Positions 10,059 through 19,955 of a DNA stretch of 64,000 nucleotides are shown here, in pieces. A program made the position numbers and the translations under genes. How positions within the stretch are numbered: the stretch's first letter is position 1; each line of letters starts with the position of its first letter. The notes beneath the pieces are model-generated. The model saw nothing but the letters and a program-made list of their open reading frames with translations. It was not told where the DNA came from and did not search any database. This DNA comes from Patescibacteria group bacterium (GTDB taxonomy: Bacteria; Patescibacteriota; Patescibacteriia; Patescibacteriales; UBA12465): positions 507,024 through 571,023 of the forward strand of contig JAQUAK010000001.1 in assembly GCA_028687275.1 (NCBI GenBank), in the 5' to 3' direction.

Positions 10059-11243
10059 TTATCTCTTCGATCGAAAAAACTTACGACCCCTTAAAGCTTC
10101 AGGCAAATATTCCTGATTAGAATCATCTTCTAAAGGTGTGTATTTATAATTTTTGCCATAACCTAAATTTTTCATCAATTTAGTAGGAGCATTACGTAAA
10201 TACAGAGGCACAGGCAAATTACCACTCTCTCTTACTTCAGCACTAGCTGCATTAAACGCCTGATAGACATCGATATTTTTTGTAGTTTTAGATAAATAGG
10301 TAACAGCGTGAGCTAAATGCACGCCACATTCAGGCATGCCAATGTTTTTACAAGCATCATATACGGCCGTAGTAAGTAGCAAGGCGCTATTATTCGCTAT
10401 GCCCACATCCTCACTAGCAAAACGGACTAAACGACGAGCAATGTATAAGGGGTCTTCACCAGCCTCAAGCATACGTGCTAAATAATATAAGGCAGCATTT
10501 TCATCATTACCACGCATTGATTTATGTAAGGCGGAGATTAAATTATAGTGCTCTTCCCCGCTTTTATCATAAAGCAGATTTGGCTTATTAATAATTTCTT
10601 TAATTAAATCAACCTCAATTTCTTTTTTATGAGCAGCCGCCGTCTCTACTAAACCAATCGCCCGACGAGCGTCACCATTAGCTAAGCGAGCGATTAGACG
10701 TGATGGATTAGCTTTAATTTTTACCTGCAAGGTTTTCGCAGCTCGCTTAACAATTATCAATAAAGCTTCTTCATTTAAGGCTTCCAAAACAACCACTTTA
10801 ACACGAGAAAGCAAGGCGCCATTAACAGCAAAGCTGGGATTTTCCGTGGTAGCACCAATTAAAGTAACTACCCCATTTTCTACTTGTGGTAGCAGAGCGT
10901 CCTGCTGAGATTTATTCCAGCGATGAATCTCATCAATAAATAAAATTGTTTTTACTCCCAAACGTTTACCCGAACGCGCTTTTTCAACAATAGCTTTTAA
11001 GTCCTTTACTCCGCTTTCAGTGGCCGATAATTGAATAAAATCGGCTTTAGTTTCTTGAGCAATTAAAGAAGCTAGGGTTGTCTTGCCTGTGCCCGGTGGC
11101 CCCCAGAAGATAAGTGAAGGCACACGATCATTTTTAATCGCTTCTAAGAGCCAGCCATTGGACTTTAAAATTAATTCCTGACCAACAACTTCATCTAATT
11201 TTTTAGGGCGTAAATAAGCCGCTAAAGGCAAACCGTCAAACAT
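10059..11243 (-). CDS. rarA: Replication-associated recombination protein A (RarA/MgsA)
   Basis: PLAAYLRP, GPPGTGKTT, FIDEIHR, GATTENP, ISALHKSMRG; start set at ATG 11243. Confidence 0.95.
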   Translation of the reverse strand: MFDGLPLAAYLRPKKLDEVVGQELILKSNGWLLEAIKNDRVPSLIFWGPPGTGKTTLASLIAQETKADFIQLSATESGVKDLKAIVEKARSGKRLGVKTILFIDEIHRWNKSQQDALLPQVENGVVTLIGATTENPSFAVNGALLSRVKVVVLEALNEEALLIIVKRAAKTLQVKIKANPSRLIARLANGDARRAIGLVETAAAHKKEIEVDLIKEIINKPNLLYDKSGEEHYNLISALHKSMRGNDENAALYYLARMLEAGEDPLYIARRLVRFASEDVGIANNSALLLTTAVYDACKNIGMPECGVHLAHAVTYLSKTTKNIDVYQAFNAASAEVRESGNLPVPLYLRNAPTKLMKNLGYGKNYKYTPLEDDSNQEYLPEALRGRKFFRSKR

Positions 11244-11348
11244 ATGCTTATATTGTATACTGAATGGCATTTCAAGGCTATCTTGACAAAAATAAAATAC
11301 ACTGTTGTAATGTCGATAAGTCTAACATTCATTAACAACTTAAGAGCC

Positions 11349-11777
11349 ATGAAAAACAGATTAAAATCTCCAAAACGGATAAAAATGGAAAGGATTGTCA
11401 TCATCCAAATACTGGCTCTCATATTAATGGCAGCCATTTACAGCAACAACTTTTTTTTAATTTTTGCTACCGGACTGTTCATTGCTATATTTATTAGCTT
11501 CTGGTCCAGGAAAACAAAAAGAACATGGGGGCTAATAGTATGCCCTCTAACTCTAATAACAATACTGATGATAATGTTCATCACAACATTGATTATTTAT
11601 TTATCAACCTTTCAACCGAGCTCTTGGATAATAAAAACTTGTATATCAAGTTTTGTAGGAGCGCTTATTATGAATTTTTATTTTTTCACAATGGCGGACG
11701 ATGAGATTCGTCAAGAAGTCAAGGATTGCCTACATCATAAACTCACCTCACAATTAAAACAATTAAAAAAAGAATAA
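11349..11777 (+). CDS. Hypothetical multi-TM membrane protein (ORFan)
   Basis: About 4 hydrophobic segments; ATG 11349 follows TTGACA-N17-TGTAAT. Confidence 0.65.
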   Translation: MKNRLKSPKRIKMERIVIIQILALILMAAIYSNNFFLIFATGLFIAIFISFWSRKTKRTWGLIVCPLTLITILMIMFITTLIIYLSTFQPSSWIIKTCISSFVGALIMNFYFFTMADDEIRQEVKDCLHHKLTSQLKQLKKE

Positions 11778-11780
11778 GTC

Positions 11781-11873
11781 ATGAAAAAAGCCATAGAGAT
11801 AATTAAGCTCGTAATTTGGGCTTATACAACAAGAAAAAAGATACTAAAAAGCCCTAGGGAAAGGCTTTATTAA
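11781..11873 (+). CDS. Possible 30-aa small protein MKKAIEIIKLVIWAYTTRKKILKSPRERLY
   Basis: Starts 3 nt after the upstream stop and ends just before the terminator at 11879-11911. Confidence 0.4.
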   Translation: MKKAIEIIKLVIWAYTTRKKILKSPRERLY

Positions 11874-11987
11874 ACACAAAAGCGGTATTCAAAAAGAATG
11901 CCGCCTTTTTATTTCCTATAAGATTTAATGATCAAAAATGGTTAGTGAAAATACTAGATTTTTTAATATATAAAATTAATAATTTAC

Positions 11988-12797
11988 TTATTTCCCCCTC
12001 TTCCTAAACCAAGGGATTAAGGCGCTCGTATGACTTTTATACTCTTCAAAATCAGGTCGGCCGCGATAACGCTCTTCCATAGGCAAACCAGAGACAAAAA
12101 GCATAATATAAGTTAGAACTAAGGGAGAAACTACTAACATCCAAGAATTAGATGCACCTAACACAAGAAAAAACATACCCCACCAAAAAATAATTTCAGC
12201 AAAATAATTAGGATGGCGACTATAACGCCATAAACCACTAGTTATTAATTTATTAGAGTTTTCCTTAACACGTAAAAATTGATACCGCTGCCAATCAGCT
12301 ACAGTTTCAATAAATAAACCTAAAAGCAATAACATTATTCCCAAATAATTAACTGAGAATAAAGGCAAAGAAATTAAACGTAAACTATACACTATTGGTA
12401 AGCCAATAATCATCATTAAAGCTCCTTGAAATAAAAAAACTTGTAAATAGGTAGCAATAAAACAACGACAAAATTGAAAGCGCTGCGACTTATCATTACA
12501 CCAATTTGGCTGATCTTCCCGCCAATGGTGATAGCGCCAATCATCCCCTTTACTTAAATTGCGACGATAGTTGTGAAAAAACAATCTTAAACCCCAAAGA
12601 CTGGTTAATAGCAAAACCCAATATGCTCTTTCATCTAGAACAATATCTCTAAAACTCAGAGATATCCAAGCCAAAAAAACAAAACCACTACCCCAAGCTA
12701 GATCAACTACATCCCTTCTTTTAATCCATAAAGACACTAAAAACCAAACGGTCATATAGAAAAAAATAAACAGCGGCAAAAACCAAAGTAAATCCAT
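11988..12797 (-). CDS. DUF1295 / steroid 5-alpha-reductase-like membrane protein
   Basis: VVDLAWG, DDWRY, GLWRYSRHPNYFAE. Confidence 0.88.
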   Translation of the reverse strand: MDLLWFLPLFIFFYMTVWFLVSLWIKRRDVVDLAWGSGFVFLAWISLSFRDIVLDERAYWVLLLTSLWGLRLFFHNYRRNLSKGDDWRYHHWREDQPNWCNDKSQRFQFCRCFIATYLQVFLFQGALMMIIGLPIVYSLRLISLPLFSVNYLGIMLLLLGLFIETVADWQRYQFLRVKENSNKLITSGLWRYSRHPNYFAEIIFWWGMFFLVLGASNSWMLVVSPLVLTYIMLFVSGLPMEERYRGRPDFEEYKSHTSALIPWFRKRGK

Positions 12798-12802
12798 ACA
12801 AA

Positions 12803-14917
12803 TTAATTATTATCTAAAGTGATTTTAGCATCAAGTACCATCACTCCTTTATTATAAACAACAACTGGGTTCAAATCAATTTCTTTTATCTGTGGGAAGT
12901 CCTGCAAAAGACGATATAGACGTAATAGTATATCAACTACAGCTTTTTTATCAGCTGCTTTAGCTCCTCGAGCACCATCAAGAAGGGTATTAACTTTTAG
13001 ACTGGTAAACATTTCTCTAATTACTGTTTTATTAAAAGGCGGCAAAATGAAAGTTGAATCTTTAATAATTTCCGTATAAATACCACCCCAACCAAGCATT
13101 AAGGCATGACCCAGCCCATTATCTTTAACTGCGCCAACAATTAGTTCCGCTAGGCCAGGATTAAACATGGGCATAATCAAGACGCCAAAGAGACGTGCTT
13201 TGGGATTATTCTTAGAGACTGCTCTTAATAGACTCTTACGAGCCGAAGGAATGTCGCCAGGCTCAACATTAAGCATGACGCCGCCAACATCGCTCTTATG
13301 CAGAATATCAGGCGAAGCTACTTTTATTGCAAGCCTCCCTTTAAAATACTTGGTAGCCAAAATAGCATCTTCATTATTATCAACTAAGATAAATTTAGGC
13401 GTAGGGATCCCATAGGCTTTTAGAATCGGCAGAACTTGAAATTCAGCCAAAGCAGTGAATGACTCTGCCTTTGCTTGAATAAAAATTTTATCAGCCTCAT
13501 GCCTGGAGAGACGATTAATTTTAGGTAAGTCAAAAACTTTCTTATCATTAAATAAATGCTTAGAATCATTAAATTTAGATAGGGCCGCTAAAGCCTTAAC
13601 CGCCTCTTCTGGATAAGTATAGACGGCCACGCCTACTTGCCTGAGTTTAACGATACTATCTTCCATTAAAGAAGCCCCCATTAAACAAACTGCTAGCGGC
13701 TTTAAACATTTTTTTTGCCAATTAACTAACCAGTGTGTTAACTCGTCGACTCTAGTCATTGACTGCGGTGAAACCACAATAAGCATTGAATCAACCTTAG
13801 CGTCTTGAGAAATTATTTCTAAAGCAGCTCGATAACGTTCTGGGCCCGCATCACCCAGCAGGTCTACGGGATTATGACTTGAGCCCGCTGCCGGTAAAAC
13901 TTTTTTCAATTTTTGTTTAGATTCAAGTGATAGACTAGCAACATTTAATCCATTGTAAGCCAAAGCATCAACTGCTAATATACCAGGCCCACCAGCATTA
14001 GTAATAATCGCTACTCTTTTAGCGGGTAAATGTTTATTGTTATTAAAGATTTGTAAATACGAAAAAAATTCATTAACTGAGTTAGCCCTAATAACTCCAT
14101 GCCTAGAGAAAAAAGCATCATAAACCGCATCATTGCCGGCCATCGCTCCTGTATGAGAAAGGCTGGCGCTGGCGCCAATGCTGGTACGACCTGACTTTAA
14201 AATAACGACTGGTTTAGGATTGGCACCAACACATAAATTGTCAATCACGGCTCCTAATATTTCTGGCCGATTTAGTTGTTCAGCATAAATACCGAAGACT
14301 TTCGTCTTCTTATCATTTTTCCAATAGGAGATTAAATCAGCCTCATCGATTACTGCCTTATTACCAACACTAGCAAAAACAGAAAAACCAATATTTAAAT
14401 CACGAGCAATATCAATAATAGCCGTGCCTAAAGCCCCACTTTGAGTTAGAAAGGCTAAACCACCAGCCTTAGGCATTAAAGGCGCAAAACTTAAATTTAA
14501 TTTTTTAGACGGATTAATTAAACCCAGGCAATTTGGACCAAGCACAGCTATATTATATTTTTGAGCAATTTTTTTGATCTCTATTTCTAAATCCTGTCTA
14601 CCCACATCTTTAAAACCAGCAGAAATAATAATGGCAGCTGGAACACCAAGACGACCAGCCTCTTCTAGCACCTGAGCCACGATGGCCGCTGGAACAATAA
14701 TTAAAACCAAATCAATCTTAGTCTTTATCTGACTAATAGATTGATAACATTTTAAACCAGACAATATTTTAGCTTTTGGATTAACCGGATATATTTTCCC
14801 CTTGTACCCAGATTTAATCAAGTTCTTCAGAGTATCACTACCAACACTGCCCTCTCTAGTGGAGGCTCCAACAACTGCTACGGATTTTGGCTCAAATAGA
14901 GCTTTTAATTTTAACAT
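12803..14917 (-). CDS. ADP-forming acetate--CoA ligase, fused alpha/beta
   Basis: PKSVAVVGAS, GPNCLG, SHTG phospho-His, NAGGPG, HKSDVGGV, EIDLNP. Confidence 0.92.
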   Translation of the reverse strand: MLKLKALFEPKSVAVVGASTREGSVGSDTLKNLIKSGYKGKIYPVNPKAKILSGLKCYQSISQIKTKIDLVLIIVPAAIVAQVLEEAGRLGVPAAIIISAGFKDVGRQDLEIEIKKIAQKYNIAVLGPNCLGLINPSKKLNLSFAPLMPKAGGLAFLTQSGALGTAIIDIARDLNIGFSVFASVGNKAVIDEADLISYWKNDKKTKVFGIYAEQLNRPEILGAVIDNLCVGANPKPVVILKSGRTSIGASASLSHTGAMAGNDAVYDAFFSRHGVIRANSVNEFFSYLQIFNNNKHLPAKRVAIITNAGGPGILAVDALAYNGLNVASLSLESKQKLKKVLPAAGSSHNPVDLLGDAGPERYRAALEIISQDAKVDSMLIVVSPQSMTRVDELTHWLVNWQKKCLKPLAVCLMGASLMEDSIVKLRQVGVAVYTYPEEAVKALAALSKFNDSKHLFNDKKVFDLPKINRLSRHEADKIFIQAKAESFTALAEFQVLPILKAYGIPTPKFILVDNNEDAILATKYFKGRLAIKVASPDILHKSDVGGVMLNVEPGDIPSARKSLLRAVSKNNPKARLFGVLIMPMFNPGLAELIVGAVKDNGLGHALMLGWGGIYTEIIKDSTFILPPFNKTVIREMFTSLKVNTLLDGARGAKAADKKAVVDILLRLYRLLQDFPQIKEIDLNPVVVYNKGVMVLDAKITLDNN

Positions 14918-14933
14918 ATATCAAAAATAATAT

Positions 14934-15365
14934 TTATAAATACTTTGTAGCGACAGGCGGATAAACCTTAATGCCCTTCAAATCTTTAGAACTCACCCAC
15001 TCTGCCCGCGCTTCACCTTTAGAATCTAAAATAGGCCAAGACTTTTGTAGGTAATATTTTTTAGATTGCAAACTGACTGCATATAAATAAACAATTTCAT
15101 GTCCTGGTCTTCCATTAAAATTAAAAATATTTTCTTCAACGCCCAATAATTTAGCTGAAGTTATGTTTGCGCCCAGCTCCTCTTTAATTTCCCGACGCAG
15201 AGCTTTAATAGTGCTTTCACCAAAATCAACGCCGCCACCTAGTAATCGATAGTGAGCTTGTTTTTTTAATTTATCAAAGCCAGCACAAGCCAAAAACTTA
15301 CCTTTATTTTTAATAAGAGCTATAGCTAAAACACGAATATTTTTATGATCAATCGGCATAATCAA
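14934..15365 (-). CDS. NUDIX hydrolase
   Basis: GGGVDFGESTIKALRREIKEELG Nudix box. Confidence 0.9.
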   Translation of the reverse strand: MIMPIDHKNIRVLAIALIKNKGKFLACAGFDKLKKQAHYRLLGGGVDFGESTIKALRREIKEELGANITSAKLLGVEENIFNFNGRPGHEIVYLYAVSLQSKKYYLQKSWPILDSKGEARAEWVSSKDLKGIKVYPPVATKYL

Positions 15366-16206
15366 TTATTTCTTTTAATACCTCTAAAGGTAGGGTAAAA
15401 TCGCCATCATTTAAAATCAGAGCATCATAAACCTTACGATAATAAGGCAGAGACTCCTGAATTTTATCATTTAAAAAACCAATTTTTAAAGTTGCTTGAG
15501 CGCCAAAACCATTATCCATCCCCGCGTCGCCTAAGCTATCACCTAAAAGCAGAATATTACTGCGGTGTACAAATTTTTTGTCCGCAGCGACATTAGCCAG
15601 ACCAGATTCATCTTTATTAAAACTATGTACTACTGGTCTCTTAAAATCGAGTGCTAGGCCGTCTTTAGACCAGACAAAGTCATTGGCGACTAAAATAATA
15701 TTATCAGTCCAGAGCCCACGACGAATTAAATAATACTTAAGGCCGGAGATGCCTAGGCCGGAAGCAGAAAAAATATAAATAGGAATATTTTTTTTATCTA
15801 AAAGCTCCAGGAATTCTATCACGCCACTACGTAAATTAGATAAGCAATTATCAGCCACATCGGCTATGTTTGTCTCACTTAAGCCAGACTCAATTAGCAA
15901 TTGAAAATGTTTTTGCCACCATTCAGTCATCAAAGCCTTTTTATCAATCAAACTTAAGGTTAGATCAGCTTCAAAAGGTTGATAATAATCATGCAAAGCC
16001 TGTGCTTTTAAGGAATAATTAGCAGGAAGATAATTTCCCTCACGTAAAGCGCCCATTAAGGAAGGGGCCTTACGCCCACGAATAAAATTAGTGGTTAAAG
16101 TGCGATCAAAATCCGCTAGAATTTTCAATTTTAAATCACCTCCACGCAACAAGCGCATTTTTTTACTCTGGAAATTATCTGGATTTGGAAATATTAATTC
16201 TTCCAT
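15349..16206 (-). CDS. Pyrimidine 5'-nucleotidase (UMPH-1/cN-III family, HAD)
   Basis: ADFDRTLT, MTEWW, FSASG, LLLGDSLGD, LKIGFLND. Confidence 0.85.
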   Translation of the reverse strand: MEELIFPNPDNFQSKKMRLLRGGDLKLKILADFDRTLTTNFIRGRKAPSLMGALREGNYLPANYSLKAQALHDYYQPFEADLTLSLIDKKALMTEWWQKHFQLLIESGLSETNIADVADNCLSNLRSGVIEFLELLDKKNIPIYIFSASGLGISGLKYYLIRRGLWTDNIILVANDFVWSKDGLALDFKRPVVHSFNKDESGLANVAADKKFVHRSNILLLGDSLGDAGMDNGFGAQATLKIGFLNDKIQESLPYYRKVYDALILNDGDFTLPLEVLKEIIDYAD

Positions 16207-16212
16207 AGACTT

Positions 16213-16701
16213 TTAATTTAACTGCCAAATTGAAAAATTTAAAAAAGCAGCAAAAGAAACCCAGGTTAAATAAGGCCACAGCAACCAAGCAGCCCTTTTA
16301 TCAACTCGATAAAAATTAATCATTAAAGCGGCAATAGCCAGCCATAAAGCAATTATTTCTAAAAAAGCTAAGCGTGGATTATTTAAACCAAAAAAGAAAT
16401 AGGACCAGAGTAAATTAAAAGCGAGTTGTATAAAAAACATGTTTACACCCTTTCTAACTAATATATCCTTCCAGCCGTGGCGCCAAACCAAAAAAAGAGC
16501 GACACCCATCAATATAAACAACAGTGTCCAGACAGGAGCAAATATCCAATTAGGTGGATTAAACCAAGGCTTGAGCAATGAGTCATACCAAGTGCCGGGC
16601 CCAGTCTCAGTAAAAACTGAACCCAGAGTGCCTACACTCAAACTAATAGCCAGACTAATAACTAGCAATAACCAAGATTTAATTTTAATCATATTATTCA
16701 A
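16213..16701 (-). CDS. tspO: TspO/MBR tryptophan-rich sensory protein
   Basis: WYDSLLKPWFNPPNWIFAPVWT, PYLTWVSFAAFLN; exact start uncertain. Confidence 0.92.
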   Translation of the reverse strand: MNNMIKIKSWLLLVISLAISLSVGTLGSVFTETGPGTWYDSLLKPWFNPPNWIFAPVWTLLFILMGVALFLVWRHGWKDILVRKGVNMFFIQLAFNLLWSYFFFGLNNPRLAFLEIIALWLAIAALMINFYRVDKRAAWLLWPYLTWVSFAAFLNFSIWQLN

Positions 16702-16794
16702 ATTATAAGTATATTATAACATATCTATAGACAAAAGCGACTTCTATTTTTTGTAGAAGCCGCTTAAATATAATCAAATAATAACAGACTAATT

Positions 16795-17787
16795 CTATCG
16801 AATCTTTTGCAATAATTCTTCACTAATATTTAAATCTTTTAAATTTCTAATTAAGTTAGGGTTTTGCTTAATCATATCAGCAAACAGCTTATCGTTATCC
16901 ATCAAATTATCTTCAAAAATAGCCTTTAACTCTGGGCTCTCTTCAAAAGTTATGCGTAATTTATTCAATTGCGCCTCATCATTAAACATCATTTTACCTG
17001 GCCCAAAACCTCTAGGCATGCCTTCAAAATCCTTCGATGGATCCATCATCATATCGTGAGGCTGTAAACGTTTAAAGAATTCCCTGCCTGGTTTAACTGG
17101 AAAAATTTTCTTGGCCCTAAATTCATGATCCCCGATTACTTCTCCCATAACTCGCAGCGGCTGCCCGACAACAATCAAATTATTATCAATATCCTTGTCA
17201 GCATCGGTAATTTGCGCTACATACCACTCACCACTATCACGATCAAGTAGAATAAAGTGACTTTCATCTGGTCTAGAAATAACTAAACCAGCTAAACGAC
17301 CCTCCTCAGCCCGTGACCACATACCTACATGAGGATTAAAAACGCTATCATACAAAGGAGCCTGACGCGCTAAAACATCATCAATGTCTTGTCCTACACC
17401 CAAGAAAGAAAAAGCAAAACCAACAATTACACTAGCTAGTACGGCCGCTAAAACAATTAGATAAACCGAATAATGGTAACCTCTTTTGCTATGCTTAATA
17501 TTATAAAACAAAACCCACAAGAATAAGGCGAGAAATAACAACCAAAAATATGGCAATGATAAAAATAGATAGCCAACAAAACTATGCCCCAATTCGGCGT
17601 GCATCATTAAATCACTATTTTTGGATAAATATATCATCATCGCTACTGCTGCCGCGCCAACAAACAGAGACAAGGCTCCAAATAACCAAATTACACCTTC
17701 TTTTAATAAAAAATGCCAGCGTGGCTTAGGCGCCATGCTTTCTTTTTTAATTTTTTCAATTACTTTTTGATCCAAATTTGCAAACAT
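16795..17787 (-). CDS. Membrane protein, putative anti-sigma factor
   Basis: Three TM helices plus a soluble C-terminal domain; 7 nt downstream of the ECF sigma gene. Confidence 0.6.
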   Translation of the reverse strand: MFANLDQKVIEKIKKESMAPKPRWHFLLKEGVIWLFGALSLFVGAAAVAMMIYLSKNSDLMMHAELGHSFVGYLFLSLPYFWLLFLALFLWVLFYNIKHSKRGYHYSVYLIVLAAVLASVIVGFAFSFLGVGQDIDDVLARQAPLYDSVFNPHVGMWSRAEEGRLAGLVISRPDESHFILLDRDSGEWYVAQITDADKDIDNNLIVVGQPLRVMGEVIGDHEFRAKKIFPVKPGREFFKRLQPHDMMMDPSKDFEGMPRGFGPGKMMFNDEAQLNKLRITFEESPELKAIFEDNLMDNDKLFADMIKQNPNLIRNLKDLNISEELLQKIR

Positions 17788-17794
17788 ATATTTA

Positions 17795-18376
17795 TTACTC
17801 CGTTATATTTTCTGGTAAAGCATTTTTCAAAGATTTTTTAGCTCGATTAAGTAAAGAAGCCACCGTACCTGAAGGTTTTTTTAAAATATCAGAAATCTCC
17901 TGGTAACTCTTATCTTCAAAGAATTTAAGAATTAAAATTTCACGATGCTTAATACTTATTTTTTCCAAACCCCGACTAATTAGCTCCTGACGCAGATGTT
18001 TATCGGAAATTTCATCCAAAGCAATATCGTCAGCCAAAATATCAAAATTAATGTTATCGATTGGAAAAGCATGAATCTCCGGGCGAACTTGTTTCTTTCG
18101 ATAATTACTAATAGCTTGATTGTGAGCTATTCGATAAATCCAAGAAGAAAATTTTAAATCTTGATCAAACTCATTTAAATTAAGATAAACTTTTAAAAAT
18201 ATGTCTTGCAATAAATCTTTAACATCTTCTTCGTTGCTTACGCCTAGGCGACGCAAATAACGCGCTAACTTTTCCTGATAGCGGTTAATGATATACGAAA
18301 ATTTATCTTGATCATCTAAGCTTAGACGAACCAAATCCGCATCCTCCAATTCTAAATTATGAGCAACACTATCCAT
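17795..18376 (-). CDS. ECF RNA polymerase sigma factor
   Basis: DLLQDIF, FSSWIYRIAHN region 2; SYQEISDIL..GTVASLLNRAK region 4. Confidence 0.94.
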   Translation of the reverse strand: MDSVAHNLELEDADLVRLSLDDQDKFSYIINRYQEKLARYLRRLGVSNEEDVKDLLQDIFLKVYLNLNEFDQDLKFSSWIYRIAHNQAISNYRKKQVRPEIHAFPIDNINFDILADDIALDEISDKHLRQELISRGLEKISIKHREILILKFFEDKSYQEISDILKKPSGTVASLLNRAKKSLKNALPENITE

Positions 18377-18397
18377 GATTTTACTTATACTAATTAT

Positions 18398-18422
18398 TAC
18401 GTATATCCGAGTCTTTTCTTCC
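18398..18422 (-). promoter_or_regulatory. Putative autoregulatory ECF promoter GGAAG-N16-CGTA
   Basis: GGAAGAAAAgactcggatataCGTAATA upstream of the sigma gene; same motif at 23575-23599. Confidence 0.65.
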
Positions 18423-18439
18423 CTATTAACTAAATCATC

Positions 18440-19951
18440 CTAAGAATTTAGAGCTAATAGTTCCGACATTATTTTCCTATCATTAGACAATCTAGGAACT
18501 TTTGCCTGTCCGCCTAAGCGTTTTTTTTCTTTAAGCCAGCAATAGAATAAATCATGTTTAGCAACAACTAGGAGTGGCGGAGCAAGGTTTAAGTCTTTGT
18601 AACGCTTAGCTTCATAATCGGAATTAAGGCTCATCAGGGTGTTATCAAGCACCTCTATAAACTTTTTCTCATTATCAGGTCTTTTGGCAAATTCAAATAA
18701 CCATTGATGTCTAGCCGCTCCCTCTGATTCGTTAAATAAAGGCGCCGCTGAATATTCCCTTACTTCCGCCGAGCAGGCGTCACAGGCCGCCTTAACTGCT
18801 CGATCAGCATTCTCAACTACCACTTCTTCACCACAAGCGTTAATAAAACTCTTAGTTCTACCAGTAATAATGATTCGATAAGGTTTGATTGAGGTAAATT
18901 TTATGGTATCACCAATTAAATAACGCCATAAACCAGCGTTAGTCGAAATTAATAAAGCATAGTTTTTACCAAGCTCAACCTCAGCTAGAATTAAAACTTT
19001 AGGGATGCTTTTTCCTAATTCGTCTATAGTCACAAATTCATAAAAAATACCCCCATTTAAAAATAAGAGCATATCTGAACGAGACAGGTTATCTTGAAAG
19101 GCAAAAAAACCCTCTGAGGCATTATACACCTCCATATAATTCATGCCCGGACCAGGAATAAGAGCTTCAAACTGAGAACGATAAGCCTCAAAACTAGTAC
19201 CCCCATGAGTAAATAACTCTAAGTTAGGCCAAACTTCGCGTAGATTTTTTTTACCAGTTAACTCTAGTATTTTTTTAGCCAGCACTAAATTCCAAGAAGG
19301 AACTCCAGAAAGGCTAACAATATTTTGGTAGGCAATTATTTCGGCGATTTGCGTTAACTTTTCTTCCCATTCAGTCATGCAAGCGACGCTAAATTTAGGA
19401 CTGCGACGCAAACGCGCCCACCAAGGCAAGTTTTTCATTAGAATAACAGAAACATCAGCAATATACTTATCTGCTCCAATTTCAGAGAACTGCCGGCTAC
19501 CACCAAGAGCAAAATTTTGACCCATTAATAATTTTGAATCTAAGTTTTGAGCAAAATAACTAGCAAATAAGCTCCGACCACCACGATAGTGATTATTTTT
19601 TAAAGCAATACTACTAACTGGAATATATTTACTTTTACTGCCAGTTGTGCCTGACGACTTAGAAAAATACTTAATTTTTTCTGGCCAAAGTAAATAATTT
19701 TCGCCTCGCAACAACCTTTCAATATAGGGCTGGATATCTTCATAGGTGCTAATAGGCACAGCCACCTGAAAATCACCCGGATTCTGAATATTATTGTAGT
19801 TATATTTTTTACCCCACTCCGTTCTACGTCCCTGTTTGATTAAATAATGAAAAACTTTATTCTGCACTAAGAGAGGATTTTTTTCAGAATAATGTAAGGA
19901 TTTACGTCGCCTTGAAAAAGCTAAATTTGGCAATGAAAATTTTCTAAACAT
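18440..19951 (-). CDS. GH3 family adenylate-forming enzyme
   Basis: SKSSGTTG, YNASEGF, GLWRYLIGD, GGQAKVPRL; start set at ATG 19951. Confidence 0.9.
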   Translation of the reverse strand: MFRKFSLPNLAFSRRRKSLHYSEKNPLLVQNKVFHYLIKQGRRTEWGKKYNYNNIQNPGDFQVAVPISTYEDIQPYIERLLRGENYLLWPEKIKYFSKSSGTTGSKSKYIPVSSIALKNNHYRGGRSLFASYFAQNLDSKLLMGQNFALGGSRQFSEIGADKYIADVSVILMKNLPWWARLRRSPKFSVACMTEWEEKLTQIAEIIAYQNIVSLSGVPSWNLVLAKKILELTGKKNLREVWPNLELFTHGGTSFEAYRSQFEALIPGPGMNYMEVYNASEGFFAFQDNLSRSDMLLFLNGGIFYEFVTIDELGKSIPKVLILAEVELGKNYALLISTNAGLWRYLIGDTIKFTSIKPYRIIITGRTKSFINACGEEVVVENADRAVKAACDACSAEVREYSAAPLFNESEGAARHQWLFEFAKRPDNEKKFIEVLDNTLMSLNSDYEAKRYKDLNLAPPLLVVAKHDLFYCWLKEKKRLGGQAKVPRLSNDRKIMSELLALNS

Positions 19952-19955
19952 ATAA